DNA of 47,423 nucleotides from Octopus bimaculoides. Lineage: Eukaryota. The notes under the pieces are model-generated. The model saw only the letters and a program-made list of their open reading frames with translations. It ran no database searches and had not been told where the DNA came from. Shown here one piece after another: positions 36,266-47,381 of this stretch. The stretch lies in NCBI RefSeq assembly GCF_001194135.2, contig NC_069005.1, positions 14,303,965-14,351,387 of the forward strand, written 5' to 3'. How positions within the stretch are numbered: the stretch's first letter is position 1; each line of letters begins with the position of its first letter. The position numbers and the translations under genes were made by a program.

Positions 36266-38021
36266 GTGTTAATGAAGACTAAAATCCGTCACCCATCTGT
36301 GAAAGCAGTAATTAATCTAAGTAGCCGACACCTAGAAAGCTCTGAACAAGCAGTACTGAACAAAGGTCTCAACTTTGCGACAACCATCAAGCGCATTCCA
36401 TACTTGGACATAATAGCCCCTACTGAAGAGATAGCCGTAAAGATACCAAAAGCTCAGGGAGATGAACTAAGGTGGAAAGTGAGACAGGTACTAGAAAAAG
36501 CAAAACCTCTTAAACCAAACATCACTAAGGAAGAAAAGTTCGCTATCAAAAGACTACAGAGTGACAATTCCATCATAATACTTCCAGCAGACAAGGGAAA
36601 TGCTACAGTGGTGATGAACAAGTCTGACTACACTGAAAAGTTGGCAAGTCTTATAAGTGATGGTAGCTACAGTAAAGTAAAGAAAGACCCTACTTTGAAA
36701 ACAGAGAGGAAGTTGTCACAGATCTTGATCAAGAACAAGGATCACTTTACACCAATGAAGTACAGACAACTGACTCAACACCACAGCAAACTACCACACG
36801 TGTACGGTCTTCCTAAGATTCGCAAGGATGGTATTCCATTAAGACTTATAATGAGCTGTAGAGGTTCAGCATGTCATCCACTGAGCCGCTTCCTTGTGGA
36901 TATAATCAGTCCATTAGCAGGAAAGTCAACATCGCACGTGAAGAATTCCACCCACTTCACAGGATTGATCAAGGACACTCCCATTGAATCCAACCAGATG
37001 GTGAGTCTAGATGTGAAAAGCTTGTTCACCAAAGTCCCAAATGGTGAAGCTCTATCGGTGATACAAGGTAAACTACTGACAGACACCCATCTAAAAGAGC
37101 GCACTAGTATACCAATAAGAAACTTGATGGAAATGTTGACCTTCTGTATAGAAACTACCTACTTCAGTATGGATACCAATATATATCGACAAGAGGAAGG
37201 TTTAGCTATGGGTTCGCCATTATTACCGGTAATAGCCAATATATACATGGAATACTTTGAGAATTTGGCTTTAGGATCAACACCACTAAAACCAACACTA
37301 TGGCTATGATATGTTGATGACACCTTTATACTCTGGCCCCACCGGGAAGATGTCCAAGTGCTGTTAGATCATGTGAACTCAATAAAGCCATCCATACAGT
37401 TCACAATGGAAAAGGAAGAAGACAATCAGCTGGCATTCTTGGACGTATTGATAACACGCACCAAGTATGGATTTAGGACATCCGTACACCACAAGCCGAC
37501 CTTTACTGGACGATACCTCAACTTCAATTCTCACCATCCATACAGTGTAAAAAGAGGGATTGCTCAGTGCCTAAAACATCGTGCAAAGAATATAAGTAGC
37601 GATCGTGATACACAACACGAAGAAATGATGAAGCTCAATAACGATCTATTAAGCAACAATTGCCCCCAAAGTATACTATCCACTCCAATTATGAAGAAGA
37701 GAGAGGATGAGGCCAAAAATCTGTCCACAGTCTGTCTACCCTATGTGAAAGGCCTCTCCAAAAAGATACAAAAGATATGCGGCCCATATGACACCAGGAC
37801 AGTANNNNNNNNNNGCTGATCATGTATGGAAAAATGGAGACCACCTCCCCCTGTGGGATGAAGTTAAAATAGTAGATAGAAAACACTACTGGAAAATACG
37901 AAAACTAAAAGAAGCAGCACATATGATAGGACACAACAACCTCCTAAGCAGACCGAGTGCAGATATGAACAGCATATGGGAACCGGTATTAAGGAAGGAT
38001 GGAAAAATATTAGATTTATAA
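36266..38021 (+). pseudogene. PLE reverse transcriptase-GIY-YIG ORF; 5'-truncated, with one premature stop
   Basis: VINLS, LNKGLNFA, PADKGNATVVM, YGLPKIRK, SLDVKSLFT, GLAMGSP and WL*YVDD (CGA to TGA at 37307), then FLDV, HHKPT.TGRYLNFNSHHP and an endonuclease C-terminus ADHVW...RKLKEAAHM. A 10-N gap covers the GIY-YIG core. Confidence 0.93.
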
Positions 38022-38050
38022 GCCCTAAAATTCACTCAATAATTGCCCAC

Positions 38051-38112
38051 GGTCATATGGCGTAGTGGTTAAGAGCGCGGGCTACTAACCCCAAGATTCC
38101 AAGCAGTGACCT
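38051..38112 (+). ncRNA. tRNA-like (Pol III) head inside the PLE 3' repeat; not a functional tRNA
   Basis: GGTCA...TGACC acceptor-like ends, A box TGGCGTAGTGG (38058-38068) and an anticodon-like arm GGG-CTACTAA-CCC. No B box or T arm is present in this copy. Confidence 0.65.
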
Positions 38113-38187
38113 GAACACTAATAATAATAAAATTAATAACATCGGAAAATACCTTAGGAATGAGAACCCAGGTTCAAATTTCCCCAA

Positions 38188-38233
38188 GACACCTGAAGAA
38201 AATTGGAGGGTATATCAGCCGAAACGTTGTGTT
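38188..38233 (+). ncRNA. Minimal type I hammerhead ribozyme in the PLE 3' repeat; stem II partly mutated
   Basis: GACAC | CTGAAGA | A-AATTGG-AGGGTATA-TCAGCC | GAAAC-GTT | GTGTT. Stem III is the loopless palindrome ACGT. The predicted cleavage is after GUU at 38228. Confidence 0.75.
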
Positions 38234-40638
38234 AACAACAAACAAGATGTGGACAAATATCCGTCGAATGTAAATAATGTAAATATTTATTTGTTGTTTA
38301 TGACGCATCATCTCTTTGTACAGCTCAGTGTTGCAACTGGGCTCATTGTAAACTTCTCTTGTAATTTTTATGTTACATTCATGATTAGGATCATTATCGG
38401 AGAAAACCTCCTGACCTTCTATAAGTACCAACACTTTAGCAAAAATATTTGTAGTCGATTTAAGTAATACTGGTGGAACTTCCGTTGTCTTATCTGTATT
38501 TTCAGCTTGTTCTTTTTCTAACGGCATCAGTTCCTCCTTAGATAAGCAACTCAGTCACGTCATCCTCCATGACTTCTTCAAATCTTACATCTTTTTCAAA
38601 TGTCACAGTATCTTTCCGAATTTGATGTAGAGTTCCTACTTGAGGAAAACTTGTAATGTCACGGATACAGTCTGGCCATATATTTTTCCAAGCACTATTC
38701 AAAGTTAAAGGTTTCACTTCATCTCATGACTCAACTGTATTACCCACAATAACCATTATGTTGAATTTCTTTTAGAAATCTCTAACTGTACGTTTATGCT
38801 GCCTGTCAATTGCTTTCATATGTTGTTTGAAAGTTTTCATATAATGTACCTTGAAGTTAGCTATCACACCTTGATCCATTAGTTGGAACAAAGAGGTTGT
38901 ATTCTTGGGTATATATTCTACTCTCACGTTATCAGAAATATTATCTAATTTCACTGGGTGGCTCTGTGCATTGTCTCAATGAAGTAATTCTTTGTTGGAA
39001 ATATATCTGGCTCTGTAGCCTTCAAATGCAGGACAAAAAGCATTTGTAAGCCGCGCTTAGAAAAATAAACTTAGCCATCTATGCCTTATTTGAACACCAA
39101 ACCAGAAGTAGATTAAATTTTGAGTAACCTTTGAAAGCCTTAGATTTTCAGAATTATATACGAGCAGGGGCTTTAATTTCATATCACAAGCGGCATTTCC
39201 TCCCAAAAGAAGAATCAGACGATTTTCGGAAGCTTTAAATCCTGGTATTGATTTTTCTTCTCAAGAAATAAAAGTTCTAGTAGGCATGCACTTCCAGAAA
39301 AGTACAGTTTCATCAACATTGTACATTTGCTTGATGTGTACCCCCTTTCAGCAACCATTTTCTTCAGTTGCTCAGTATAATTAGTAGCAGCCTCCGTATT
39401 AGCGCTTGCAGTTTCACCAGTCATTTTTATGCTGTGTTAATTCATGCGCTTTTTAAACCTTTCAAGCCAACCTTTACTAGCCAAAAGGGGTTTTTCATTA
39501 TAAGTTTCACCTTCCTTTTTCTGTAAATCGTATAAAATTTTGGCTTTTTTCGTTCTTTTTCTTTTCTTTTCTTTTTTTTTATTACCATCGTGTTTATCGG
39601 CACCGATTCTGATCCTCAAGCCATACACCCAAGAATCGTTCCATTTTAAGCATTACATTTGATATGTGAGAAAATGAGGTCCGGGTAATTAAATGAGTAA
39701 CTTCTTGAACACTTGGATATAATTTTCTATCTGTTGTCATGTATTGTTCCCAATGTAGGCGTTGCAAGATTTAATGTTTTGGCAATATAACTTGGCTTTT
39801 CTACCGCTTCAAGTCTTTTTTAAAAATTCTAGTTTAATACCCAGTATAATCCCTTTACAATTCCTTTTGTCACTATTCCTTCAGTTCTACTTGATAGCGT
39901 CTTACTAGACATCTTAAATGAAGGTAAATCCAACAGCAGCGGCGATTAGTTATCCACAACAAATATGTAGTAAAATAATTGGCCCAGGAAATATCTATTT
40001 TGTGAGAGCGAAAAATTGGCTTATTTCTATGGATGTAGCAATGAAAATGAGATGAAAAGGTAGTGGGCTGAGGAAGAGAGAATACTATATGATTACAGTT
40101 AGCTAAAGGGTCATCAGATTTTATTGGCAATTCGTGCCTTGCACTTCTGACTTAAGACATAAACTCTCACACACACACACACACACACACATTCACCTAC
40201 TAAAACACACCCATGCACACACACGTGTGGCGTACATGTATGCTGATATCTTTTGTAGCTAGTTGGATTCACAAGTTGGTAGGATGACAATGGTGATAAT
40301 GTAGGTTGTATTGGTAATTTAGATGTTAGAGATGATGGGGGCTGGCAGTGTTGGTGGTGTGGTGGTCATGCTGCTAATCGATTATTGTAATTGTTTAGTC
40401 TCAAGTCAATCCTCACTGATCTAAAATAAAAAATATTTCATTCAACTTTCAAAATGCGCATGGATACCGCATTATATGTTTCTGTTTGAAATGGATTTCA
40501 TCTTTTTCATACTATAAATCACTGTTGCTGTTGGTGGTTGTGTTGGTATTGATGATAGAAATACACAAGCACACATACATACACTCACATTCACATTGTT
40601 ATATATACATGATATAAAAATAGATAAGGCCGGTCCAT

Positions 40639-40699
40639 GGGATTGCCTTGAGTTTCACGTCCATAAAGCGCTTAGCATTACAGCATATCATCAGACCCT
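40639..40699 (-). ncRNA. Degenerate hammerhead ribozyme downstream of a PLE endonuclease fragment
   Basis: The minus strand reads AGGGT | CTGATGA | TATG...CGT | GAAACTCAAGGCA | ATCCC. The core is intact, U16.1 appears changed to C, and stem II is weak. Confidence 0.55.
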
Positions 40700-40806
40700 A
40701 AAACCTGTTGGCACATGGCCTCTGTAGCAAGTGGCCTCTCTAGAAAATGGAAGAAGAAAAGACTTCGTTACTCTGTCAACAATAGGGGATTGTCTCTCTT
40801 TGGCTG

Positions 40807-41170
40807 TTATTCGTAATCGACTCTGTTATCGTGTGGGTCGCAGGAAGCCAGCAGGAATTTCTTGAAGTGCAAACAAGGTCCGAAGACTTCCATTCTGGAG
40901 TTAAGGATGTTCCCCGGGCCGAAGGAGTCCTTTAATATAATCGCCCGTTCGGCTATGCACAGTTTACAACGCCTGGTCCCGATTATGTAGGAGCCTGGAT
41001 TTTCTAAGACTTTCCATGATATTATGTGTGGAATTCCTTCGTCCTTCAGCTGCCATACATGGTTGGCTAATGATGTAGCATATCTCCTTTCCGGTATCTT
41101 GAAAGAGGATCTGTGGCTGGAGAGACGTTGCTTGAACGTGTTACCCGAACATCCGCTGTATCTCCGTGTA
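40807..41170 (-). pseudogene. Penelope-like (Neptune-type) GIY-YIG endonuclease C-terminal fragment
   Basis: YSGCSGNTFKQRLSSHRSSF...SLANHVWQLKDEG...WKVL...RRCKLCIAERAIIL...LNSRMEVFGPCLHFKKFLL. Confidence 0.85.
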
Positions 41171-41560
41171 TGGGTGTTGGCGATGTTGTATCTGCTGGTG
41201 TTGACGCTGCTGCTACCGCTGTTATTGGTGCTGGTGTTGTTATTGGTGTCGTTGAAGATGGCGATGGTGTGGATGCTGTTACTACTGGCATAGGGGACAT
41301 CAATGGAAGTGGTGCTGTTGTTGGCGTTGTGTTGATCGTCGCTGGTGGCTGTTGGAGCTGCTGTCGGCGCTAACATGGTGGATAGTGCTGTCACTGTTGT
41401 TATAGTTATCATTTGCGATGGTTCTACCGCTGTTTCTGTTAGGGATACTGCCATTGCTGCCGTTGAGTTGTTATCGCTGGCGATAGTGCTGCCGCTAATT
41501 CTGTTTGTATTTCTACTGCTGCTACTACTGCTACTGACATTCTTGCTACTGTAGTAGTCG
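41170..41560. repeat. Degenerate trinucleotide (TGT/TGC/TAC) low-complexity tract
   Basis: Triplet periodicity yields S/T/N/A-rich pseudo-ORFs in several frames on both strands. Confidence 0.85.
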
Positions 41561-42138
41561 TCGAGAAAGCGACAGCAAGACATCCAGACAGTTAGATGAG
41601 ACAAAAAGGGACAAGAAAAAACAAGGACGGGTCATTCGGAGTTTTCTTTCGTCAGTCGAGTTCCAGATTATCTTTGCAGTTTCGGCTATGCACGTTATAT
41701 ATATATATGTACATGTGTATGTGTGTGTGCATGTATACGTGTAAAGTAATGAGTTTTGCAAATCGTTAACTTTGATCTTGACTAAAACGCAAGTGGCCAT
41801 TGAGCTGAGAAGAAAATGTACTTTTAAACTGTTAGCAATTTAAAAACTACACAATCTGAGTTTCCGTAAGAGCGAAATTACAGACCGAATCCTGAAATTA
41901 ATGGTTATACTTTACAATTTCTGTAAGCGAAATCACGTAACCTGAAACAACCGTAACGTGGGTGACACCTGTGTATAGATTTGACTACATATCAACAATG
42001 TGTGGGTGAGCGATTGTAGCGGCCTGGTCAAATTTCCTACTACTGTTAATACAACCAATATCTTAGTAGTTTCAACGTACGAAAAACCAACCAATGGCAT
42101 AAAAATGCACCAGTTGTGTCTGGAAAATACTATGAGGC

Positions 42139-42511
42139 TGTAGTGACGCTCTAATAGGAGACGACTATTATTGTTCACTTTCCGGAAAGCTTATCCACGC
42201 ATGCGCAGGGACTAGTTCCGGAAGGAACACGAGAAGAGTCTCATGTGCATGCGTGGAGTTCAACATCTAAAACGTTCCCGCTCTTTTCATTCTCTTTCTC
42301 GGCCGGCCGGCCATGAGCATGGACGTGTCAAGCAGTGTCTCCAACATTCCAACTCTGGAGACAGTCTCTTTCCAACATTCCAACTCTGGTCTCAGCAACC
42401 AAAGGGCGAAGTGCTGCCTATTTCCTCTGTAAATAAATATTGTTGTGTTGATAGTTCAGAATCTGCGTTCCGTTGTTTCTTCAGAATTTAATGTACGGAA
42501 GCGGGTGTACA
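42139..42511 (+). mobile_element. Possible solo LTR
   Basis: TGTAGTGACG start, AATAAA near 42432, a TGTACA end and an internal 19-bp direct repeat. No TSD match. Confidence 0.35.
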
Positions 42512-42668
42512 CGTAATGGTGTATAACCACTTTCCTATAAGGCTGTTGCATGTATTTTAACTCTCTCAGACCTGGGCCCTTCTGTGTACCTTTACCATTT
42601 ACCTGGGTTCCTGAGCAAAAACATAAATAGTTGCATATAAAACTCAAGAATAACGATTGCAAGCAATT

Positions 42669-42820
42669 TAATGGGCAGAATCACGCAAAAATTCAGGAAA
42701 ATAACAATAATAGGCCTTTCTCTCAACTACCGTATTTGTTAGGCAAACTAATGGACAGAATCACAGAAATATTCTGGAGAATAGCAATAATAAATCTATC
42801 TCTCAACTACCGTATTTGTT
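42669..42820 (+). repeat. Diverged 80-bp tandem duplication
   Basis: TAATGG.CAGAATCAC...TCTCTCAACTACCGTATTTGTT occurs twice. Confidence 0.85.
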
Positions 42821-43875
42821 CACCTGAATCACTACTTTCCTCACCAGTTTAAACCAGTTTGCCCAAATCACTCTCATTACTGGTGTAAGTGTAAACTCTT
42901 GTCCGAAGAATAAATATCATCAATAATTTCCTCAACTTCAAAGAGTCTAGGCCTTCGGTGTTTACAAGATGAAGTGTTGGATTCATCACACTCTCGTTTC
43001 ATCACACAATCGAATTTTTTTTCTATAAAAACAAAATTAGACAACAGCTATAGGGGACACTATTAACCATGAGTCATAAACACATTTGACTACAAAGCTG
43101 CAACGTGATCAGTTGTCTAATTTTAGTATTTTATCTTCATTCCCAATTTAGCGGGAATCCAGCAATGATCACGTTTAAGTTATTCTTGCTATAGCGGGAA
43201 TACGGCTTGATATGGTTTAAGGCATAAAAATAGATTGAAATGAGCAGACGAAAGAACTTATAGTTACGGAGATTTCATTCGGGAAGTTTCAAATTCTGGA
43301 AGTGATAATTTTTGTATGCTATTCAGACATAACAATCTGACAAGTAGTTTGCTAGCCAGAGTGTTGTGTTGCTTCTTGAAGTGGTTTTGGGTATATTTTT
43401 AACTTAACTCAATAACAGAGAATAGACTTAAAAGTTTTGATCATGTCCACTGTAAAAATGATATGTGTGTGAAATTGTTTTGTTGTTGAAGCAGCTGTCA
43501 AGTATCCGCTTCTGATTTCATGAGTTAAGTGGTGACAGAGTGTAATTGTCTGGATGTATGTTGTAATTTGGAGAGGAAAATGAGTGGGTTTGGGATGTCA
43601 GGAATTTAGCCTATAAAATATTTTAGTGAAACTTGCAAGAGCACAGTGAGGACGGATAGGAAACTTGAAAGGCGCCTCAAAATGATTCTGAGGCCCAATT
43701 TGCACAACTGTGCCACAAGTGAAGATATTCTAAGAAGTGCAATGTCACAACCACTGCAAGAGATTGTAGCACGACACTGATTCTGCCTAGATTCTGTGTC
43801 ACGCTGAATCTCCCCGAGAACTACGTTAAGGGTACAGGTGTCTGTGGAGTGCTCAGCCACATTCTCCATCTAACG

Positions 43876-44000
43876 CAGTGGTTCTCAGCCATTTTTTGCC
43901 TGTGGATCCCTTTGATTCCCATTTTACTCATGTGAACCCCTTAGCCATTCGATGCTTTAAAAAATCCCATTATATTTTTAGGATCATATATTATTAAGTG
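43876..44000 (+). mobile_element. 5' end of a hAT-type MITE, truncated by the SINE
   Basis: Starts CAGTGGTTCTCAGCC, a typical Charlie-like TIR. The partner end was not found. Confidence 0.4.
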
Positions 44001-44002
44001 GA

Positions 44003-44209
44003 GGCGCAATGGCCCAGTGGTTAGGGCAGCGGACACGCGGTCTTAGGATTGCGGTTTCGATTCCCAGACCGGGCGTTGTGAGTGTTTATTGAGCGAAAAC
44101 ACCTAAAGCTCCACGAGGCTCCAGCAGGGGGTGGTGGTGAACCCTGCTGTAATCTTTTACCACAACTTTCTCTCACTCTTTCTTCCTTCTCTGTTGTACC
44201 TGTATTTCC
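44003..44209 (+). mobile_element. tRNA-derived SINE (Arg-like head)
   Basis: A box TGGCCCAGTGG (44010-44020) and B box GTTTCGATTCC (44054-44064), followed by a non-tRNA body. Confidence 0.85.
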
Positions 44210-44214
44210 CGGCT

Positions 44215-46200
44215 CCTTTTTCAGCACCCTTTCTGTTCAATGGGTAGCAGCCCACTTTTTTCCAAGTATCTGTACAGTTCACCAGCCAAAGCACGTGACA
44301 TTAGTTTCCACATTAGCGGAAGGCATGATATTGATCTAAAGTAGGATGCAGCATTTCCCTTTTCAGGATCCTTGGCACATAACAATGTCTTTCCCTTTGT
44401 CATCCAGCTGGGTACTGTGCTTTCCTGCACGCACTCATCTAGCTGTGGTGCTATCCTTCCGTGAAGCCCTGTCAGCTTCTTCATCCAATATCCTTGGACC
44501 CGGCCGGTCCTACGTTCTTCCAATTCGGGAATTTTCTTAACTGATTTTTTTTTTATCATTTCTGTAGTTATCTTTGTCTTCTTGGACTTCTATATTTTTT
44601 AGCTTATCTTGGATTTCATGCAGCCACTCACCTTCATCCTTATGCTCTACAGGTTGGTTCCAAATCCCTCTCCAGAATGCCTTGCTTTCCTCTGCATCTG
44701 GTATCTAGTTCCTGAAACAGTTTCTTCTGATTTACTTGAAACAATCTGTTTTGCCTGAACTTCTTTTTTTTTCTGTTGTCATTTCTTTCCAGTTTTGCTA
44801 TGATTGCTACTACCCTTTCTTTCAATTCTTCCAATATCACATCATAACATTTATCTCTTATTCTATATGTTCTTTCCAGCATTATTCTTATGCTTTCTTT
44901 CAGCAATTCCCCTCTACTCAACCTATCAACTTGTCCTAATGTCTTTTTAACAAATTCGTCTACCTCAGTATGGTTCTTTACATTCTGTTTGTTCTTTTCT
45001 TTTGTATCCAACTCTATCTGCAACAACCATAGCCGCAGCCTAAATAATCTTGTTAGTTTCGGTTATATTTCTCGTCTGGAATAGCCCAGGGACCGAATCT
45101 ATCTTTTCAGTTTCAACCTTGAGCTTGCGCTGATCAATGTACCTCAGGTTGGTGAGTACTTGATCCTGGTCTTCTTTAATATATCGGCACAGCGTCTTCA
45201 TTATGTCTTGTTGGTCATCATCGTATTCTTGTGATATAGCTCTTCCTATTACTTCTGGTTCACAGCTAAGAATACATTTATATTTACACTTCGCTCTACT
45301 TCTTCACTGCCGCCTTTCATTTTTCTGTTCTCACTGGGCACGTTATCTGTTGGTGAAGTATTATTTTTATCTTTTACTTTCCTTTTTATCTCTTCTATTT
45401 CGATGTCTGTTAGCCACCCTTTTGCTCTTATTGTTCTTGCCTGGTCGGCTAACCGCTGTTCACTTGTTTCGAAGAGTCCTATCTCATTCCTTTTTGCTTT
45501 CATTCGTTGTCGGAATCCCCTTCTACTGGGTTCACTCCTGATCCAGCGTTCAATTACCGTTTGGTTTGCCTCCTTATCCCACCTTCTTCTCTGCTTCTGG
45601 TTTGTGTACAAGCAGTCTCTGGATGATGACCGCGCCTGCGCTGGTCAACCACAAGGCACATGCTGGGCGAAAGGCTTTCACCTTTGGTTCCAACTTCATT
45701 AAAACCATTATTTGATACATTTGTATTAGACATTTTCACTCAACATTGAGGTGTGTGTTTTAAGGTAAGCCACTAACCGGTATTTTTATCGAGACACCGT
45801 CTCTAGTAAGATTGTCAACCAAGACTACAGAACTCTTATTAAGTTGGACCTGTTCCCTTCGCATTTCTATGTGTTGATTCTCACTAGGAGACAGGTGAGC
45901 ATCAGTTGGTCCCGTATCTTCATCCAAATATTGCTCTGGAGTTAAGTCCCAATTCGCGGGTCATTCGCCTTCATCCCAGGAATGGAGCCGTAGGACACTG
46001 AGAGGTTGTCACCACTGTGATTAAGGAGTCCTATCTACTCCAGTTTTTTTAATCAGAGTGTTCCTTCTCCTAGACAGACTTCCAACCAAGGCTCACGAAT
46101 TCTGTCTACCCATTTTCGGAATGGCCATTGACTTTTTGCCGGGTTTTGTTTTTAATCCCGCAGGGTGTCGAAAATCCACCCTCCTCACAAAGCAAGCTTA
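44215..46200 (-). mobile_element. R4/Dong-clade non-LTR retrotransposon, 5' part (5'UTR, N-terminal domain, RT start)
   Basis: ATG at 45733. [50 protein letters not shown] and VQGYWMKKLTGLH...FRSISCLPLMWKL...LPIEQKGC are typical of R4/Dong/Rex6 ORFs. It is truncated at the SINE. The 5' boundary is approximate. Confidence 0.8.
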
Positions 46201-46722
46201 GTGGGGTTGCCGGTTTATGGGGCGTTTATAAATTCGTCCCCACGCTGGAATTTTGGCGAGCTTACCTGCCACCTTCCTCTTCGTCTCCCTTACTCTCTGA
46301 GTATTCTTAGTAGAGTTGCCGGTTTATGGGGTGTTTAGAGATAGAATACTATAGCTTCTTAAAACTGTGAGATGTTGTTAATAAATTTCTACATCTTAGC
46401 TATGCTAGTTCCNNNNNNNNNNNNNNNNNNNNNNNNNNNNNNNNNNNNNNNNNNNNNNNNNNNNNNNNNNNNNNNNNNNNNNNNNNNNNNNNNNNNNNNN
46501 NNNNNNNNNNNNNNNNNNNNNNNNNNNNNNNNNNNNNNNNNNNNNNNNNNNNNNNNNNNNNNNNNNNNNNNNNNNNNNNNNNNNNNNNNNNNNNNNNNNN
46601 NNNNNNNNNNNNNNNNNNNNNNNNNNNNNNNNNNNNNNNNNNNNNNNNNNNNNNNNNNNNNNCCTTAATCGGCTGCCAGTCACGTCAACTAGCAGTCCAA
46701 TCAAACAGCCTTATTATTATTG

Positions 46723-47330
46723 AGAGAGAGAGAGCAGTGCATGCCATCACAGTGACACTGGGGTAAAATATACGAAGCCCAGTATACCCATCATGACTAC
46801 TCGTCTGATAAGGGTAAACTATGCACATGCATCACAACCATATGTGCGCGACATGGTGATCTTATATCAAGATAAACAGCACATGACCTTGTAGGTGGGG
46901 CTCAGTTAGAATTTTCTTCAGGTCGAGTAACCCATCCCACTCGAATGCTCCCTGAATAAAGCTTGTTTAAAGATGTTCAGCAAAACACCCATGTTTCCAA
47001 AGGTAAATTATCCAAACCCCAAAGAATTCCTCTCAACACATGGCTATGATGCTCCCCCACTACTTCTGCTCATGATCAGAGATGCACATATCGTCAGCCA
47101 CTAAGGGACATGCTCAACTGGTTAAGGTCAAACAACTGACAAGTAAATCTGTGGTGTTGAGCAGAATATTTGGTGTAGCCCAACTTTTATACCAAGACAA
47201 AACAATATACATGATAACACTTCCAATCAATTAAGATCAGAAGCCATGAAAGCCATTGCCTGGTACTGCATTAGGGCATGGTACTGCATCAGGGTATGGT
47301 ACAGCATCAGGGCAAAGTACTGATCAGGGG
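46723..47330. mobile_element. About 600-bp non-coding interspersed element embedded in (ATT)n, ending in four 18-bp tandem units
   Basis: Flanked by ATT runs on both sides. A partial second copy lies at 7360-7476. No coding similarity was recognised. Confidence 0.6.
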
Positions 47331-47374
<44 letters not shown>

Positions 47375-47381
47375 TAAGGCT

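Larger units (their letters stand above)
36167..38285 (+). mobile_element. Penelope-like retroelement with an inverted 5' pLTR segment
   Basis: RT and GIY-YIG ORF. Segment 36203-36265 is the reverse complement of 38223-38285 (62/63 identical). The borders are defined by the interrupted Tigger ORF. Confidence 0.92.
36112..39830 (-). pseudogene. Tigger/pogo transposase pseudogene (38286-39830 plus 36112-36166), split by a Penelope insertion
   Basis: MERFLGVWLEDQN (CENP-B HTH), ASKGWLERFKKR, GETASA, NVDET and PKNTTSLFQLMDQGVIANFK. The C-terminus MMRHKQQ resumes as TLDRFFTPQADAGNNEL* on the far side of the insertion. Confidence 0.88.

Noticed and set aside
38051-38112. Functional tRNA gene (here and at 44003)
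   Set aside because: The 38051 copy lacks the T arm and B box. The 44003 copy runs into a SINE body without a proper acceptor stem or terminator. Both are treated as tRNA-derived heads.
40807-41604. 265-aa ORF resembling an S/T/N-rich protein with a C-terminal domain
   Set aside because: It is a chance fusion of a trinucleotide low-complexity tract with a PLE endonuclease fragment. There is no evidence of a real start or splice sites.
41622-41660. Possible fourth hammerhead on the minus strand (CTGACGA..CTCC GAA..GTC)
   Set aside because: Stems I and II pair poorly and GAAA is incomplete. It is too degenerate to call without a family consensus.
43606-43869. 87-aa ORF with CSGCDIAL resembling a piggyBac cysteine-rich tail
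   Set aside because: Only one CxxC is present and no other piggyBac motifs or TTAA ends were found.
642-47000. Many ORF-track entries rich in HT, CV, YI, ER, LS or X
   Set aside because: They are translations of microsatellites or N-gaps.
47200-47280. HDV-like ribozyme at the end of the 600-bp element (minus strand)
   Set aside because: A P2-like pairing exists, but P1 needs a bulge and the GG for P1.1 and a P4 are absent.
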